From: Tubiluchus corallicola
Lineage: Eukaryota > Animalia > Priapulida
Reading direction: 5' to 3'
Assembly: GCA_030141605.1 (NCBI GenBank)
Contig: JAQGDQ010000137.1
Span: 372,001 to 436,000 of the forward strand
Length of the DNA stretch: 64,000 bases
In this document: positions 22,301 through 35,178 of the stretch, piece by piece
Position numbering within the stretch: position 1 is the stretch's first letter
Layout of the letters: the number at the start of each line of letters is the position of its first letter
Position numbers and translations under genes: made by a program
Notes under the pieces: model-generated
Seen by the model: only the letters and a program-made list of their open reading frames with translations
Database searches by the model: none
Told to the model about the DNA's origin: nothing

Positions 22301-22589
22301 AAAGAGTAAATTACCGTACGGAGACTAAAACCTTTGTAGAGGGTGCACTTTCGTTTGATTTCTAAATACCTGTACCATGCATTTTCCTTCCTATCATTTG
22401 TAGCTCAAATGATAACTGATTGTCTATAACAACACCTAGCACCTACTGCTCTGCACGTAATTAATACTTTGGTTCCCAATTTTCAAAATGATATTTTGGT
22501 TCTCCCACACCAAAAGGTAAAATCTCAATTTTACCAGGTGAGCAGTTAATAACCTATCTCCATCTACACCAGATATGAACGCCGGGGTA

Positions 22590-23344
22590 TGTAACATTCG
22601 GGTCACGAAATTCTTTGCTAGCTCAGATGGATCTCGAACTTGGGTCGGGCAACTTAGGTCAAGATGGATTCCTGAAGGGATCTGTGACCCCAAATGTTAA
22701 AGAGCAGCAATATTTGTTTAAATTCTAAGGCAGTTATAAGCGTAGGAGTGGTTGGTCCTTCCTAAAGTACAGTGAATAGGTCAATGGTGATACAGTGTGG
22801 ACGAAAATATTTTAATTGGCATAATTAATCAAAACCAATAAACACAAAAATTCAAAACTTACACAAGCACAGCGGGTAACTCCACATTTAATATCAGTCC
22901 GCTGGAGCTTCGCGTAGGCGGGACGTCTCCCGTAAGGTTCCGGGGTTCACACACTTAGGTGGCTGGAATCACTTTGTTAACAGACTCGTCGGCAACGGAG
23001 ACCTCACCAATGTTCTACTCGCTTGACTGGCTTAACGAAACTACCGTACGATGACAGACTACCAAGATGCTTCTGTTGACTTCTAATGGCGACATCTTCT
23101 TCTAATGAGTCAGGTACCAGGGTTTCAGAATGTATATAAGTCTGCTTGTGCCGTTTTGGTGGAGCTAACTCACAATAGGTGGAGTCACCAGTTTATAACC
23201 TTTACCTAATTAGGTTAATTAGTTATTAATAACAGGTTAAATACAATACATTTAGATATAGCTAATAGTTCTTTCACATGCCACGTAAATATGTTATTTC
23301 GTTAAATGGCCATTCGTTTTAATCTGCTAAATACGACCGTGACA
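22590..23344 (-). mobile_element. Putative solo LTR (755 bp)
   Basis: Termini TGTAAC...GTGACA; flanks ggggta/agggca (degenerate TSD); GC-richer than the surroundings; TATA-like then ATTAAA order on the minus strand. Confidence 0.5.
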
Positions 23345-23405
23345 AGGGCACCCCAATCTTACAGTCATATTGACATGAAGTATAACTTCCAAGTTTAATA
23401 TATAC

Positions 23406-24432
23406 TGTTCTGCCGTCGGGTTCTCGCCGCCAGGGTAGTTATAATAACCCCTGGACGGTTCGAACCAGAGCTTTCGGTGGTCGATAGCCTTATGTTCGAA
23501 TACCACATCCTAAAACGAGATTAATAATCCAAACGACTGGGACACATTCACCAGCTTTGAAAGGGTGGCATAAGGCCCGGCCAAAATGCTTCACTGAATT
23601 GTTGATGAATAAATGAGTAAAACTTGAAATTAGCAAACTGCAATTTTTATAGTAAATGAAACTTTATGACGAATCTTGTGTAGCTGACTAAACACAAAGA
23701 GTAAATTACCCTCAAGGGGTTACAAGACCCTCACATTTGCACCGAAACAGTTGGGAGACAAGTCCTGGGAGGGCGGATGCAGGCTTGTCCTGTCTGGTGA
23801 TCAAACTCCAGCAACCACTGAACTCAAGGAAACAGAATGCGGCAATTATATTCATAGATTTTGCACTGCACATATTATACACCCAGATGAAGCCATCCAT
23901 ATAAACAGCTTAATTTGAACAGTAATAAATCTCTAGCCTTTTGTTGCGATGTTCGGTGATTGATGTTGGTTGATTACAGCACAGTTGGAAACAGTAGGTA
24001 CCTTGAGTTCGTCATGTAGTCTCAGTTCATATCATGGTGAACTAAGCTCTTCTTGCCGAGTCCTGAAGAACCTCGGTGCAGACTTTGTCCACCTGCCCAA
24101 GAGGATGTTGCGGGTGGAGCAAATGTCAGGGTGACTTGCTTGATCCAACCAGAGTTGCAAGTTTTATTCGCCTTGTTAACATCAAAAATTTTACCATGAT
24201 GAGAACTTTGTAGGAGCAGGCGCCGAGCAGCTTAGAAAAATCGAAGCGATTTTGCAGCTTCATTCAACCTCATGTGTTTTACAATGTTAGATGGCGGAGA
24301 AAGACACTTAACCTAACTGATACAACTCACAATTACGAGATTATGGTCATTTATCCATTTATTAACGCCCAGGCTCCATGTAGTTTTAATTGCTGTCATA
24401 GGAAAGCACAACTCAGCTGCTCCTCCGTAACA
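23406..24432. mobile_element. Putative second solo LTR (~1 kb)
   Basis: Termini TGTT...AACA, flanks atatac/tgatac, GC-richer non-coding interior; boundaries uncertain. Confidence 0.35.
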
Positions 24433-24934
24433 TGATACCACATTTCAAGTCTGTATGAGCCGAAAGCAAAACCATTAAAGTTTTGAACAGAGTGTCAAAA
24501 GTATTTTTTGTTTCTAGTCTGGTTTCGTAGCCTGAAATTTTATTTTAACAACATATTGAAAACTTTCGGCTAAAAGGTATAATTATGGTAGACACTGGTG
24601 CACGGATACAGAATTTTGCATTATAAATACATGTAGTTTATATCTGTTGACCAGTTCAACTGTATCATGCCATTTAAACTACTTTAATAACGTGATGTAG
24701 GCTACACTGACTGACAATCGGTTTCCAAACTATAAGAGTAGATAATTTTTGTTTTTTGTATTCACAACAAGAAATTTGTTTTTCACTGGCTTAATGAATT
24801 AATAAATTAATATTAAATTTTCACAAAAATTCGTAGAATTTAGAAAAGTTCTATGTAACACAAATAAGAGCATCGTCTGGCAGTTGTTTGTGTTACTCAT
24901 CAATCTGTTAACGGGTTGATAAGCAACAAACGTG

Positions 24935-25938
24935 CAGGGGCGGAACTAGATGCGGCAAGCAGGGGAGGCGCAAAAATTTTCTGGGGGGGGGGAGGTATCC
25001 GAAGTCGTTAAGCCAATTTTTAACCCCTTTTATACTGCATGCAGGCCTCTTAGTTAACCTAACGCTAAATTTACACAAATTTTAAGAAAATAATACGCAG
25101 GAAATATTACATTATTATGTCAAGTTTAAGTATGTGTCATAATTTTAACGTCGCAGGTCTTTTGCTAAAAACGTGTCGATGACTTTGTTTTCCGACACAC
25201 ACTCATCGTACACATCTCGTTCAATGTGAATGACTACCAAATGATTTAATCGTTCCTCCCTCATTGTTCGACGGAGCCACGAATGCAACCTTCGCAAAAC
25301 ACTGAAACACCGTTCACATGAGCAGCTAGTGACTGGAATAGCGACTCCAATCTGAAGAACACGTTTTAGAATGGGAAACAAATCACCGTCGAGCACCTTC
25401 CAAAGGGATAATATTGTTGGTTCCTCAACTCGACCAAGGACTCTCTGGTACTAGGCTAGCTGGACAAACTGACTCTCTGGTACTAGGCGAGCTGGACAAA
25501 CTGACTCTCTGGTACTAGGGTAGCTCAACATGACTTCAATGTTTGCATTGTTTTCGCTCTATTATTTCACTTGTTCACTATTATAACACACTGCTGAATG
25601 AAGCTCGAGTGCTAACTGAGTGCTAACTGAGCCGTTTTGTTAACTAACAGTCTTTTGTGCAAAGACGCTAATGCTACTAAACGAGCTGCTTTGTTAACTG
25701 TTCCTGCCTGCTTCCTGAATAGATTACATGCAAACAAATTAACTACATCCTGACTTTCAGGTAAACACATCTGGTCAGGCACGTATTAACAGTCAGAATA
25801 ATTTAACTCGGTGACAAACTTTAATGATAAAAAATATTACTGGGCTACTGCAAAAAAAATTGTTTGTCCGATTTGGCAGGGGGGTGCAAATTTTGACAGG
25901 GGGGGCGCCCCCTTCGCCCCCCCCTAGTTCCGCCCCTG
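24935..25938 (-). mobile_element. hAT DNA transposon, internal deletion derivative (1004 bp)
   Basis: Perfect 15-bp TIRs CAGGGGCGGAACTAG/CTAGTTCCGCCCCTG; perfect 8-bp TSD CAAACGTG (24927-24934 and 25939-25946); carries a transposase C-terminus and ~32-bp internal tandem repeats at 25440-25527. Confidence 0.95.
25145..25396 (-). pseudogene. hAT transposase C-terminal dimerization domain fragment
   Basis: LFPILKRVLQIGVAIPVTSCSCERCFSVLRRLHSWLRRTMREERLNHLVVIHIERD matches the hATC 'PxTSxxxERxFSxL..LRxTMxxERL' motif. Confidence 0.9.
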
Positions 25939-26967
25939 CAAACGTGACACAACGAGAAACTTCCCTCGCTTTACATTAACTAGGCCGTACTGTATTACAA
26001 ATTTTAAATTTGATCACGTGTTCAATAATTTCTACAGCGTGGGCCTAGGTCCAATGGTGTGTGCGAGTACAAAGCTTAGCAGTAGAGCATTTTCTGTTTG
26101 TAGCTTCTCCATGTTATCGTAGAAAGAAAGATACAAATTCTTGTGCATGATAGTCAGACATAAAGGAGCGATACGAACTGCTAGAACTTGTTCCGTTTAT
26201 AACTTTGTGAACATATAGGTGAGTTTTTTACTATGTTTTCGATGTTCTCAGTTACTGTATTACAGTACATTTATATAGCCGGAACTTCTGTATATTACTA
26301 CTGTACTTACCAAAGTAGGCCGAATTGAAAGTACACGTGTGTATAGAAATCATAGGCTGTAGTGGCTTAAATCCAAGTAAAACATTGCTTTAAAAAGGAT
26401 CAACAGGTTCACACTAGTTAAAACTAAACCGTAGGTTATGCAATGAGTCGGCTATTAAGCAAAGCTTGCATTATACGTAACATTAAAAATTCGAAGAATC
26501 AAATTACATTGCTATGATCATTTTAATTACAATTACAGTGTATGAATTAGCATTTTAACTTTGGGCTGTTGATCAGAGGATTATGCTGTAGCTGGGTTAC
26601 TTCGACCTGCATTAATATTCGCTGACAGTGAGAAAGCCTGCGAGTCAGAGAACACAGAAAATTGTATAATTATATTCATACCCGAGTACTAGATTTTAGA
26701 TTAGCTTTATGTTCACTGAACGTTGCTGTACGTCGGCGATTTTAAACAAATATTGAAACTTATGTAGTTGTTTCACGATCAAAGTACTTGTACGTACAAC
26801 GTAGATCCTGTAAAAAGTTTTACTGTGAATTTGAGAAACAGAAAATTAATACTGCGCCAGTTAGGCCTGCTGTGATTTTGGTTAAACAGCATAGTATAAG
26901 TGGGACTTACGTGCTTAGGCGCGTGTGCGTTCCGGTCTAGCTGCTTCATTAATGTATTTTTTCACAG

Positions 26968-27680
26968 TTATTTAAGGAAAGGTGGAATTTTCCAAATTGC
27001 CTTGGCGCATTAGCCGGAAAGTATGTTCGCATAAAGGTACCACCGAATAGTGGCTCACTTTACTTTAGTTACAAAAACTTCAACAGTGTTGTCTGGCTCG
27101 CACTTCACAAATTCGCAGTTCACAAATTCATGTACTTAGACACAGGCTATAACTGGCCAATGATTGACACTGGCATCTTCAGCCTATCTGTGTTTTCTGA
27201 AGTCTTGATTCTGCTGAAATCTGCATACCAACGGAGAGAAAACTACCAAATAACGAAGATGATGCTGACCCAATGCCATACGTTATTGTGTCAGATGAAA
27301 CGTTTTTGTTAAAGGAAATCATAATGAAGCCTTTCAGTAACTGTGATTCTCTGTCAGATGAAAACAGGATATACAACTACAGACACAGTCGAGCTAGCTG
27401 CTAGAAGAACATCCGAAAATGCATTTGGTATAATGGTACAGAGGTTTAGAGTTTTTCAGCTGTGCATTACACTATTTGCTACGGGAAAAAATTGCTGCAT
27501 ATATGGTTTCTGAAGACATAAGCGAAACCAGCACTTCTCAGAAAATTAAACTTGAAAATATTTATTTGAAGGCAAGGAAGCAACAGAACATCAACGGGTG
27601 CAAGAAAAATCCGAAATCATTTCTGTGATTATTTCAATGGATGCGGAAGCGGCCCGTGGCAATGTGACGCCATTTATTAA
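26968..27680 (+). pseudogene. PIF/Harbinger DDE transposase (HARBI1-like) relic
   Basis: WNFPNCLGALAGKYVRIKVPPNSGSLYFSYKNFNSVV, PYVIVSDETFLL..MKPF, IYNYRHSRA..ENAFGIMVQRFRVF, RNHFCDYFNGCGSGPWQ; first catalytic Asp is Ala and frameshifts are present. Confidence 0.9.
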
Positions 27681-27994
27681 TAAATAGTATTTCATTCGTT
27701 TAAGTTGACCAGCTTGATCCAAACCAAATACAGAATTTTCTGAATTTGTAATTTTGCAAGTGCTTTTTGTTCAGTATTTAAATTCGACAGTTCCATGGCA
27801 GTGTACCCCCAAATGTTTTATTTGGATTCGTAGGTGGATTTAAAGTTGTCAAAGTTTGTTTTAAAATTTCGTTTTCAGCTTCCTCTAATTTCCTTCCCTT
27901 GGTTTTCTCAGTTTCTTAACACCGTCCAGCGAGGATTTCTCAATTCGCATTTTAGCAACTTGCACTTCTTCAACGTCTGCATCCTGATTCATGA

Positions 27995-28560
27995 TTAATT
28001 CGCTTTCGTCTTTACTGCAGCAGATGTCATCACTATGTACAATATCTGTACCAGGCAAGGCAGGCAAATTATGCACAGTTCAATGAATTTCAAAACCATG
28101 AAGAGGGGCCATTTTGGCTGATAAATGTCTCTTGCGCCCACTCCACTTTTTTGGAGTCTGCTGTTTTTTCTTATTCGAATGTAAGTATCCCTCGGTACCT
28201 TCAACCTTTTTTCAGTGCATCAACTGGCAAATGCAGAAGCAAAGCAGCGCTAACGTTAAAACATTTCAAAGCAAAATGTCACTGAAATCGTCATTGAAGC
28301 TGCCAGTGTCCCCAGCAACGGCAACAACAACAGCAACATCATCATCATGTCAATTCTATTATAATTTTAATTAGTTACTTTTTATTGGTATTACTTTCCC
28401 TGAAAACATTAATAATAAAGATGATATTATGTGTGATGAACTGCCTTGGACCAAAACCTACACCAAGAACTGTTTGGAGCTCTGTAAAGTACATTACACA
28501 GCTTGTGCGGCACAACGTTTATTATCATGAGAGCCAAGGACTCGACAGTTAGCGTGCTCA
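27995..28560 (-). pseudogene. Harbinger second ORF (MADF/Myb-SANT-like DNA-binding protein) relic
   Basis: RDTYIRIRKNSRLQKSGVGARDIYQPKWPLFMVLKF matches the MADF-type 'RDxY..KSGxG..YxPKWxxFxxLxF' pattern; tail-to-tail with the transposase. Confidence 0.75.
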
Positions 28561-29899
28561 CCAATTGGTGAGTTTAACAGTGTTCTGCAGAAAATTATTG
28601 TTAATTAAATAAGTACTTAGTTAACGTTTTTACCTGAAGAAAAGTTTAACTGAGAGCCGATTTCCGATTTCCGCCCATGCCTTCACTAGGAGGGTGCGAC
28701 TTCTGTTTGCTTCCGTTGCATAATTCCACAAACAAGGCCTGGCTTGAACGAATTCAGCCAGAGCCAAATCGCCTTCGCTTTCGCCCTTCATTTTCTGTTT
28801 TCCACTGTTTTTGTGGTTTTTGTGTCAACAGTATGTTTGGCGCTTGCTGACGATCTCGTGAGCTGCTGTAACTGGTTTAATAGTGTTGTTTTTATTGCGC
28901 CTTTTCTTTTTCTTTTGTCTTTTCTTTTTTCATCTCTTTTCTTTTCCTTTTTTCTCTTTGCTTCAATTCCCCTCTGTTTTTATTTTTACTTTTTTATTTT
29001 TATTACGAAAACACCAAACAACAATACAATATAGCAAAATACATTATGATAACATGGCATGCATAGTTACATTAATTTCATAATAAAATTGATATGACAT
29101 GATATCTATATAAATTGTTGCTTGCATTATAGTCAGAAGCTATCCCCCCCTTTCTCTCCTCTTCTCTTCTCTCTGCTCCTCTCTTCTCAACTGCTTCCGA
29201 GCTTCTCACTTCCCTTCCCTCCTTTCCCATTCCTTCCCAAAAGGCCGCGCGTTCGAGCCGTGCCTGCAGCTGCTTATTTACTTAGGTTTATTATAGTTTT
29301 GCATGTTATAGCTCTCGTGATTCGCTAAAGCTAGCATCGCCCAGGATGTCTTAGTCTAAGACGAACTGTTTGATCAAATTCCTGTAGCGCCAGAGTAGCA
29401 TTGTTTGAACGCGACATCGAGCAAACGAATTGGCAGTGAGACATTTATAAAGCAAAAGTGATCAGAAAATGAATAAAAAGCAGCCTAGCGGGAAATACCG
29501 GTAATGTCACGCTAAAACGTTTACAGGTTGTACTTCGTTATTAATATTTTTTCATCTATAAAATATAGTGCATTCAAGTAAGTACAGACAAAACTATGGT
29601 TTGAGCTGCTTAACACTAAAATACCAAAATGCGAGTACCCCAGACTCTTCATTACCGGCGTATCGCTTGATTTTGCCCACGTGTAAATACGAGAGAGTCA
29701 CACATGCGCGTTGTCGTTCCTAACTTCACTTCCGCTTTCTTACCCGATTTTTCGTTTTTCGCAAGATGTCTGCGCGGCACTAAATTTGAAGTGTTTCTAT
29801 GCTAACCAAAGCGGCGCAAGTTTATAAAAAATAAAGTGCTTCTTTATACCACTCTAGTCAATAGTGACTTTTGACAGCAAGTGTCTAAAAGAGTGTCGG

Positions 29900-30089
29900 T
29901 GGACCTTTAAATGATCCCCTACGACAGTTTTATGAATTCCAACTAACAACGAAGTTACGACAACTAGCGAGATGGACTTAAGTCCTAAGACAGCTACGTG
30001 AATAAAGTTTACGACACTGTTTTAGAGGTGTCGTACGACAATGCACTTAAGTGCATAAATTTAAAACACATTCGTGAATCTGGCCCCTG
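29900..30089. mobile_element. Harbinger-like MITE terminal portion within the 5' UTR intron of the 30271 gene
   Basis: Ends TTCGTGAATCTGGCCCCTG (reverse complement of a GGGCCAGATTCACGAA-type end) with repeated tacgaca/cttaagt subterminal motifs; left end not located. Confidence 0.45.
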
Positions 30090-30270
30090 GGACTGTTAAT
30101 TTACAAGGAAACATGACGCCACTTGATCGCTGCGTATTTATCCTGTTCAGTTGCATGTTGCACTCTGGGATGTTATATCTCATTGTTTCTTGCCCATTTT
30201 ACTGCACTTCGTGGTGTGATTTAACTATTTACATTTATTTTGACAGGAATCTTAAAAGTAGCACATAACC

Positions 30271-30681
30271 ATGAAATCCGGGAATCCAGGTGCACCGCCA
30301 GCATACTACGATGATCCCGGGTTGTCAAACCCAGGATACGGACAACCGCCACCAATGGCACCTTATTCGCAGCCCCCGGGTCCACAACCATACGGACAAC
30401 CGCCACCAATGGCACCTTATTCGCAGCCCTCGGGTCCACAACCACCAATGGGCGCACCATATGAGGTTCCGGCAGCACCCTATGCTCAACCTCAAACAAA
30501 CGTGGTTGTTGTACAGCCCACCGTGCAACAGCAAAGAGGTGCTACGGTTGTGACGACACACAATCCCACAAATCATTGTTTACATTGCTGCATCTCTATA
30601 TTTTTCCCTCCGTGGATTATCTGCTGGATTTATTTCTGTTGCACCGAGGATACCAAAACAACTGTGGTCGCACATCAGTGA
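30271..30681 (+). CDS. Small Pro/Gly/Tyr-rich protein with PPAY motif and Cys/His-rich hydrophobic C-terminal module (136 aa, family unassigned)
   Basis: ATG in good context (ataaccATGA) after acceptor ttgacag at 30246; 18-aa tandem repeat YGQPPPMAPYSQP(P/S)GPQP; NVVVVQP; TNHCLHCCISIFFPPWIICWIYFCC. Candidate upstream TATA near 29445 and donor GTAAGT at 29578. Confidence 0.85.
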   Translation: MKSGNPGAPPAYYDDPGLSNPGYGQPPPMAPYSQPPGPQPYGQPPPMAPYSQPSGPQPPMGAPYEVPAAPYAQPQTNVVVVQPTVQQQRGATVVTTHNPTNHCLHCCISIFFPPWIICWIYFCCTEDTKTTVVAHQ

Positions 30682-31650
30682 CAAGTCCAGGTATAGGCTT
30701 GAGGACCTATCTGGTCCTAGGTGGATTGAGCAGTTATGGGTGGAGACAGTTTAGTTGATTATTATGTAACATGTTTTGCATAAATAACGTAATAGCCCTA
30801 CTTCGTATAATGCAAGAATGATACAAAATTATTAGTCGGTTTATAAAGATAAGCTGATTCTGCATCTTGTTAGGTAGGTTCTTATACATACAGTGTAGTA
30901 ATATTATGTTAAAATAGGATAATCGCATTTGCATACGTTCAACAAAACTTAGCTTTATAATTATGTTACCTTCTGATTGTGCATTGGTTGTTATTAACAA
31001 TTTAGGCAATTTCTTTTGATATGGATGTCTGTAAAGACATGACTGTTGCAATTTAGGCTCTAATTTTTTCATACTTGTTAGGGAAGTACTTGAAGTTGAA
31101 AGCAGTTGCAAAATAAGACTAGCCTACTAAACTCATTTGTGTTATAAAGCTAACTAACTGTAAGAAAGTAATTAATTTTATGTAACATGTATTAAGTTAG
31201 CTGATAGGTGAAAAGGTGCTGTGCACTTAATTTTTCTTTTCTTATGTTTAGCATAATGATTATTATGCTGTTTATATATGTCAAAATTTAATCTCACTTT
31301 GAATTACGTTAGATTGTATATATTTTATTAAATTAGACCTATCATTATTATTTTCATTTATGTCTTCTATATTCCTGAAATTTCTTCTTTTGGTGTTTAA
31401 TGCATTAACGTATAGTGCTGTGATTATGCTTACTGTGAAATATATATGTTATATATACTGTTTCAGTAATAACTGAATAATCTCCTATTATTAAATTTTC
31501 AAGTGTAATTTAATTTATGCCGGAAAAAAGATGTGATTAAAACAAGCTTTAACTCAATTCTTGTAGTTCACCAATCAATGCAAGTGCTAGTTTACCCATA
31601 GCGGTCACTAATTAGATTTATTTTATCTTACAATTTCAATTGGAGCCTAA

Positions 31651-32394
31651 AGGTACGACTCTTTGTGTACGTAATGCGTGAAACGTGATGCGTGATCCGT
31701 AATGCGTATACAGCAGTTTGCATTTAAACATGTAGAAGTGTTTCCATGTGTACGTAATGCGTAATCTGTAATGCGTGATGCGTGATCATTCGAACTTGAT
31801 CACTATCGTTCGAATACGCATCACGCAGCAACACGCAGACGGGAAACCGCCGGTGCCTAGGTGATTATAACGAGTTTTCAAGTTTCCGGTGACTATTTTC
31901 GCTGTTTAGCTTTCTGGAAGTTCTAGTTAGGTGAGTTTTGGTCACGTTAGGACCTATAAACAATAATATTTTGTCTATTTGAGTTTTTGAGAGGTGGAAG
32001 AAGTATGTAGTTATGTGTTGTCATCTAACTGCTGCTACTAAAAAGTTTTTACTAAAATTCGATGATACGTGTTTTGAAAATACGAAAAATTCGAAAATAC
32101 GATGATACGATGAAACTCGTATTGTTTTCTCCCCTGCAAAATGTGCACCCAAAACGTGCTTTTTTTAAATTTTTTTGTCGAATAGTACAATAATAAGCTA
32201 AAGCCGCAGCTGTAATTGTCACAGTTAAATTTCGACAGAGCATGGTTTCCAAAAAATATTGCTTGCAATTTTCACGAATAGCGACCAAAAATGGCTGAAA
32301 GAGCGCCGCGAGCTTTGTTAATACGCTTGACGTTTACGGACACACGGAAACAGTCAATATGCATCACGCATTACGTGCACAATATGTCCTAACT
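31651..32394. mobile_element. PIF/Harbinger (Tourist-like) MITE, 744 bp
   Basis: ~31-bp imperfect TIRs (aggtacgactctttgtgtacgtaatgcgtga vs reverse-complement agttaggacatattgtgcacgtaatgcgtga), TAA on both flanks, subterminal cgt(a/g)atgcgtg repeats. Confidence 0.8.
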
Positions 32395-32565
32395 TAACTA
32401 ATCCGTGCGTAACTAGTCGATTCTTTATAACCTGGTTTTCAAGAGTCATAATTATTCAAAACGAACACCGGTGGCTATGTTGCTGATGCTGTAAACATGC
32501 AATAATTGATAATTTTGGATCAGCGTTTTCGTCAATGAATCCGCAGCCCGTGAAGATGAAGACTT

Positions 32566-32674
32566 CTAAAGTCGATCGTATTTGCCGACAATTGCTTTGC
32601 AATTCGGACAAAAATGCGTAGCGTTCTTTAGGCTATCCACACAGAATGGTATTAAGCAACATCCCAACCAACAA
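32566..32674 (-). CDS. LITAF: LITAF-domain protein, exon 3 (last)
   Basis: Acceptor tttcag; (G)CWLGCCLIPFCVDSLKNATHFCPNCKAIVGKYDRL*, the second HxCxxC knuckle of the LITAF domain; phase matches exon 2. Confidence 0.93.
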
Positions 32675-33778
32675 CTGAAAAGAGAGAAGAGTCATCAGCT
32701 CAACGCGGCTCGGGCAATCTCTGAATACATTCACTGTGGAAGGTGTAACATCACTTGTAATATATAGGCCTAAATAACACTAAGGTAAAGCTATATTAAT
32801 GTGGTAAATGTCTATTAAACACACGACAACGTTACTAAATTGAAAAATCTGAAGAATTTACAATGTCATTGGGACTCGAACCCAATACCTTTTTTGCCGG
32901 TAGCTATATCTAAACCTGTAAGAAATAAAATTTTAGTTTAATAATTATAATACGGTGCTTAATAACAATACATATTATTCAAAAATATTTTCAGCACTTA
33001 ACAGGACTTAATGTAAATAATTGTGCTGGGACCGGAACTCATCGCACTGTCAATGATCACTCTTTAAGGTAAGATACTGAACCGACAAAAGTTTTTGCGG
33101 CATTTCAGAAGGCGTATTCGCCTGCCGCAAGTCCACAACAAGTGCATAACCAGAGCCAATTGACGTCAAACATATTGGTATGTCGCTCCGCTCCCGCAGC
33201 AACGTATGCACGCTCAGCAGCATTCGGGACAACAACTCACGCTGGATAACAACTTTCTGAGCTAAACTAAACTATAAACTAAACAAAACAACATGACAGT
33301 CACAACTAATGTCTAATTAGCAGATAAGCTGATTGCTCTTTTTCATAAACATAAATTTGCAAAGCAGCGGCTGTTAACACGAAATTAACACTTCAAGTAA
33401 CCAAAAAAATGACTTTTCAAAACAATGTAGAGACGAAGTTTAAAAGCACTACAAAATACAGAGGCATATAATATAATAAAGGAACTAAGCCAGTTAGCCG
33501 TGCTTTACAATAAATGAGCAACAAAAATATTAAGTTTCTCTTGCATTTAAACATACGAACATCAAGCTTGCGATGCATTTTTCTGTAATTGATCATGTGC
33601 TCCTCTGCAAGATTAAGTTTTTGTATTTTTCCATTTGTCAGGCTACGGAATTGGAATAAATTTGACTGTTTCATTCCATAGACGGACCCTTATATTGAAT
33701 GCCCGAGTCGCATAAGCCCAATGGTATCTTTTAACCTTGATTATAACCAGAAAAATGTGTAAAATTAGCTAATACATT

Positions 33779-34038
33779 ATATATATATATTAAATATATA
33801 ATATATAATATAATATAATATAATATAATATAGTATAGTATAGTATAGTTTTTTGGTTGTTTTGTTGTTTTTTTTTGTATAGTATAGTATAGTGGATGGT
33901 TTAGTATAGTATTGAGTAAGTGTTGTGATTTTTTGTATAGTAAGTATAGTATATATTTAGTATTAATGGATAATATAATATAGTATAATATAATATAATA
34001 TAATATAATATAATATAATATAATATAATATAATATAA
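33779..34038. repeat. (AATAT)n/(TAGTA)n pentamer microsatellite tracts in the LITAF intron
   Basis: Directly visible tandem pentamers at about 33779-33892 and 33972-34038. Confidence 0.92.
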
Positions 34039-35012
34039 TGTCCCGAACGTACCTGCTGCAGGGGTGTGTGAAATAACTTGCACGCTGATTGGGCAGTCAA
34101 GGAAAATGATTGACATTATGTTAGACGTCAACTGCAGATGAAGCTGTCGAAAAAAATAGTTGTTCTGCCAGCCAGCCATTTATATACCGACTAGGTACTG
34201 CATTATTGATTATAGGTCACTAAGCGCACACCTGGAATTCCAGGATACTTTCAGCACTGCGTCTGGCATGACTACACCCCCCCCCCATAAGACATTCCTA
34301 AAAACGGAAAATGATCATCACTTTCTAAGTGAAATCTTCTCGAGACTGCTACTCGATTAAATCAAGGGATGTTCCAGAAGGGAGGGAGGGGGAGAGAGGG
34401 CACTACGGGCAACAGCTGTCTGTGTCTTGCTTGAATGGGGGATCAAAAATTGCCTGCTTTTCCAAAAAAATAACTATTAAAAATAATAGCTAAATCACAT
34501 TCTAATACAGGTAGCTGGAGGTTTCTTTAGCAGTGATGTGGCTCGTTCTCATTGTTCTTGTCGTTCATGTAATAAGTTTTTATCGCTTATTTTATATTGT
34601 GACATCACAATAGTTACTCGTTCTAAATTTCATTGCAATGGTAAACAGTGTTCTAAATGGCATATCCAAGCAGATGGACATAAAAAACTCAACAAACAGG
34701 TAACCGAATGCGTGGCATTCCGGACTATTGCAGTACTCGAGGCTGAGGACTCTGATCATAGGCTAAAGTAGGCCATGTAGTCTGTGAAAAATTGTGATGT
34801 ACAAAAAGACAAAAATTAACTTAATGTCTGCTCTCTGTACATATTAGAAATGACAAGAATGTTGCTTTTCAAGATTGAATGTGCTGCTGGGATGCCATTC
34901 TGTTAAATAAATAAATAAGCAGTTGTTCATGCCATCTACCTGCTTAATAGTTCGTTACAGAAACAGAAACTGGCAATAACTAGAATAATTAGTTTATAGC
35001 ATTATTACAAAC

Positions 35013-35178
35013 CCGAACAGGCATAAAATAAAGCAGATGAGCCATGACATGCCTCCACTATGATACTCGACCATTGTTTGAATATGTGCGTGACATGCAG
35101 GACATTGCATCTGCATTGGGTATGGTCCGTAGATTGCTCCGGTAACTATCACTGTACTGGTCACTGGCTGAGCCATAA
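35013..35178 (-). CDS. LITAF: LITAF-domain protein, exon 2
   Basis: (V)MAQPVTSTVIVTGAIYGPYPMQMQCPACHAHIQTMVEYHSGGMSWLICFILCLF(G); acceptor ttgcag, donor GG|GTTTGT; 166 nt, consistent with both neighbouring phases. Confidence 0.93.

Noticed and set aside
33050-33260. GC-rich patch in the LITAF intron as an alternative exon
   Set aside because: No frame compatible with exon 2 gives LITAF-like sequence; the true last exon is at 32566-32674.
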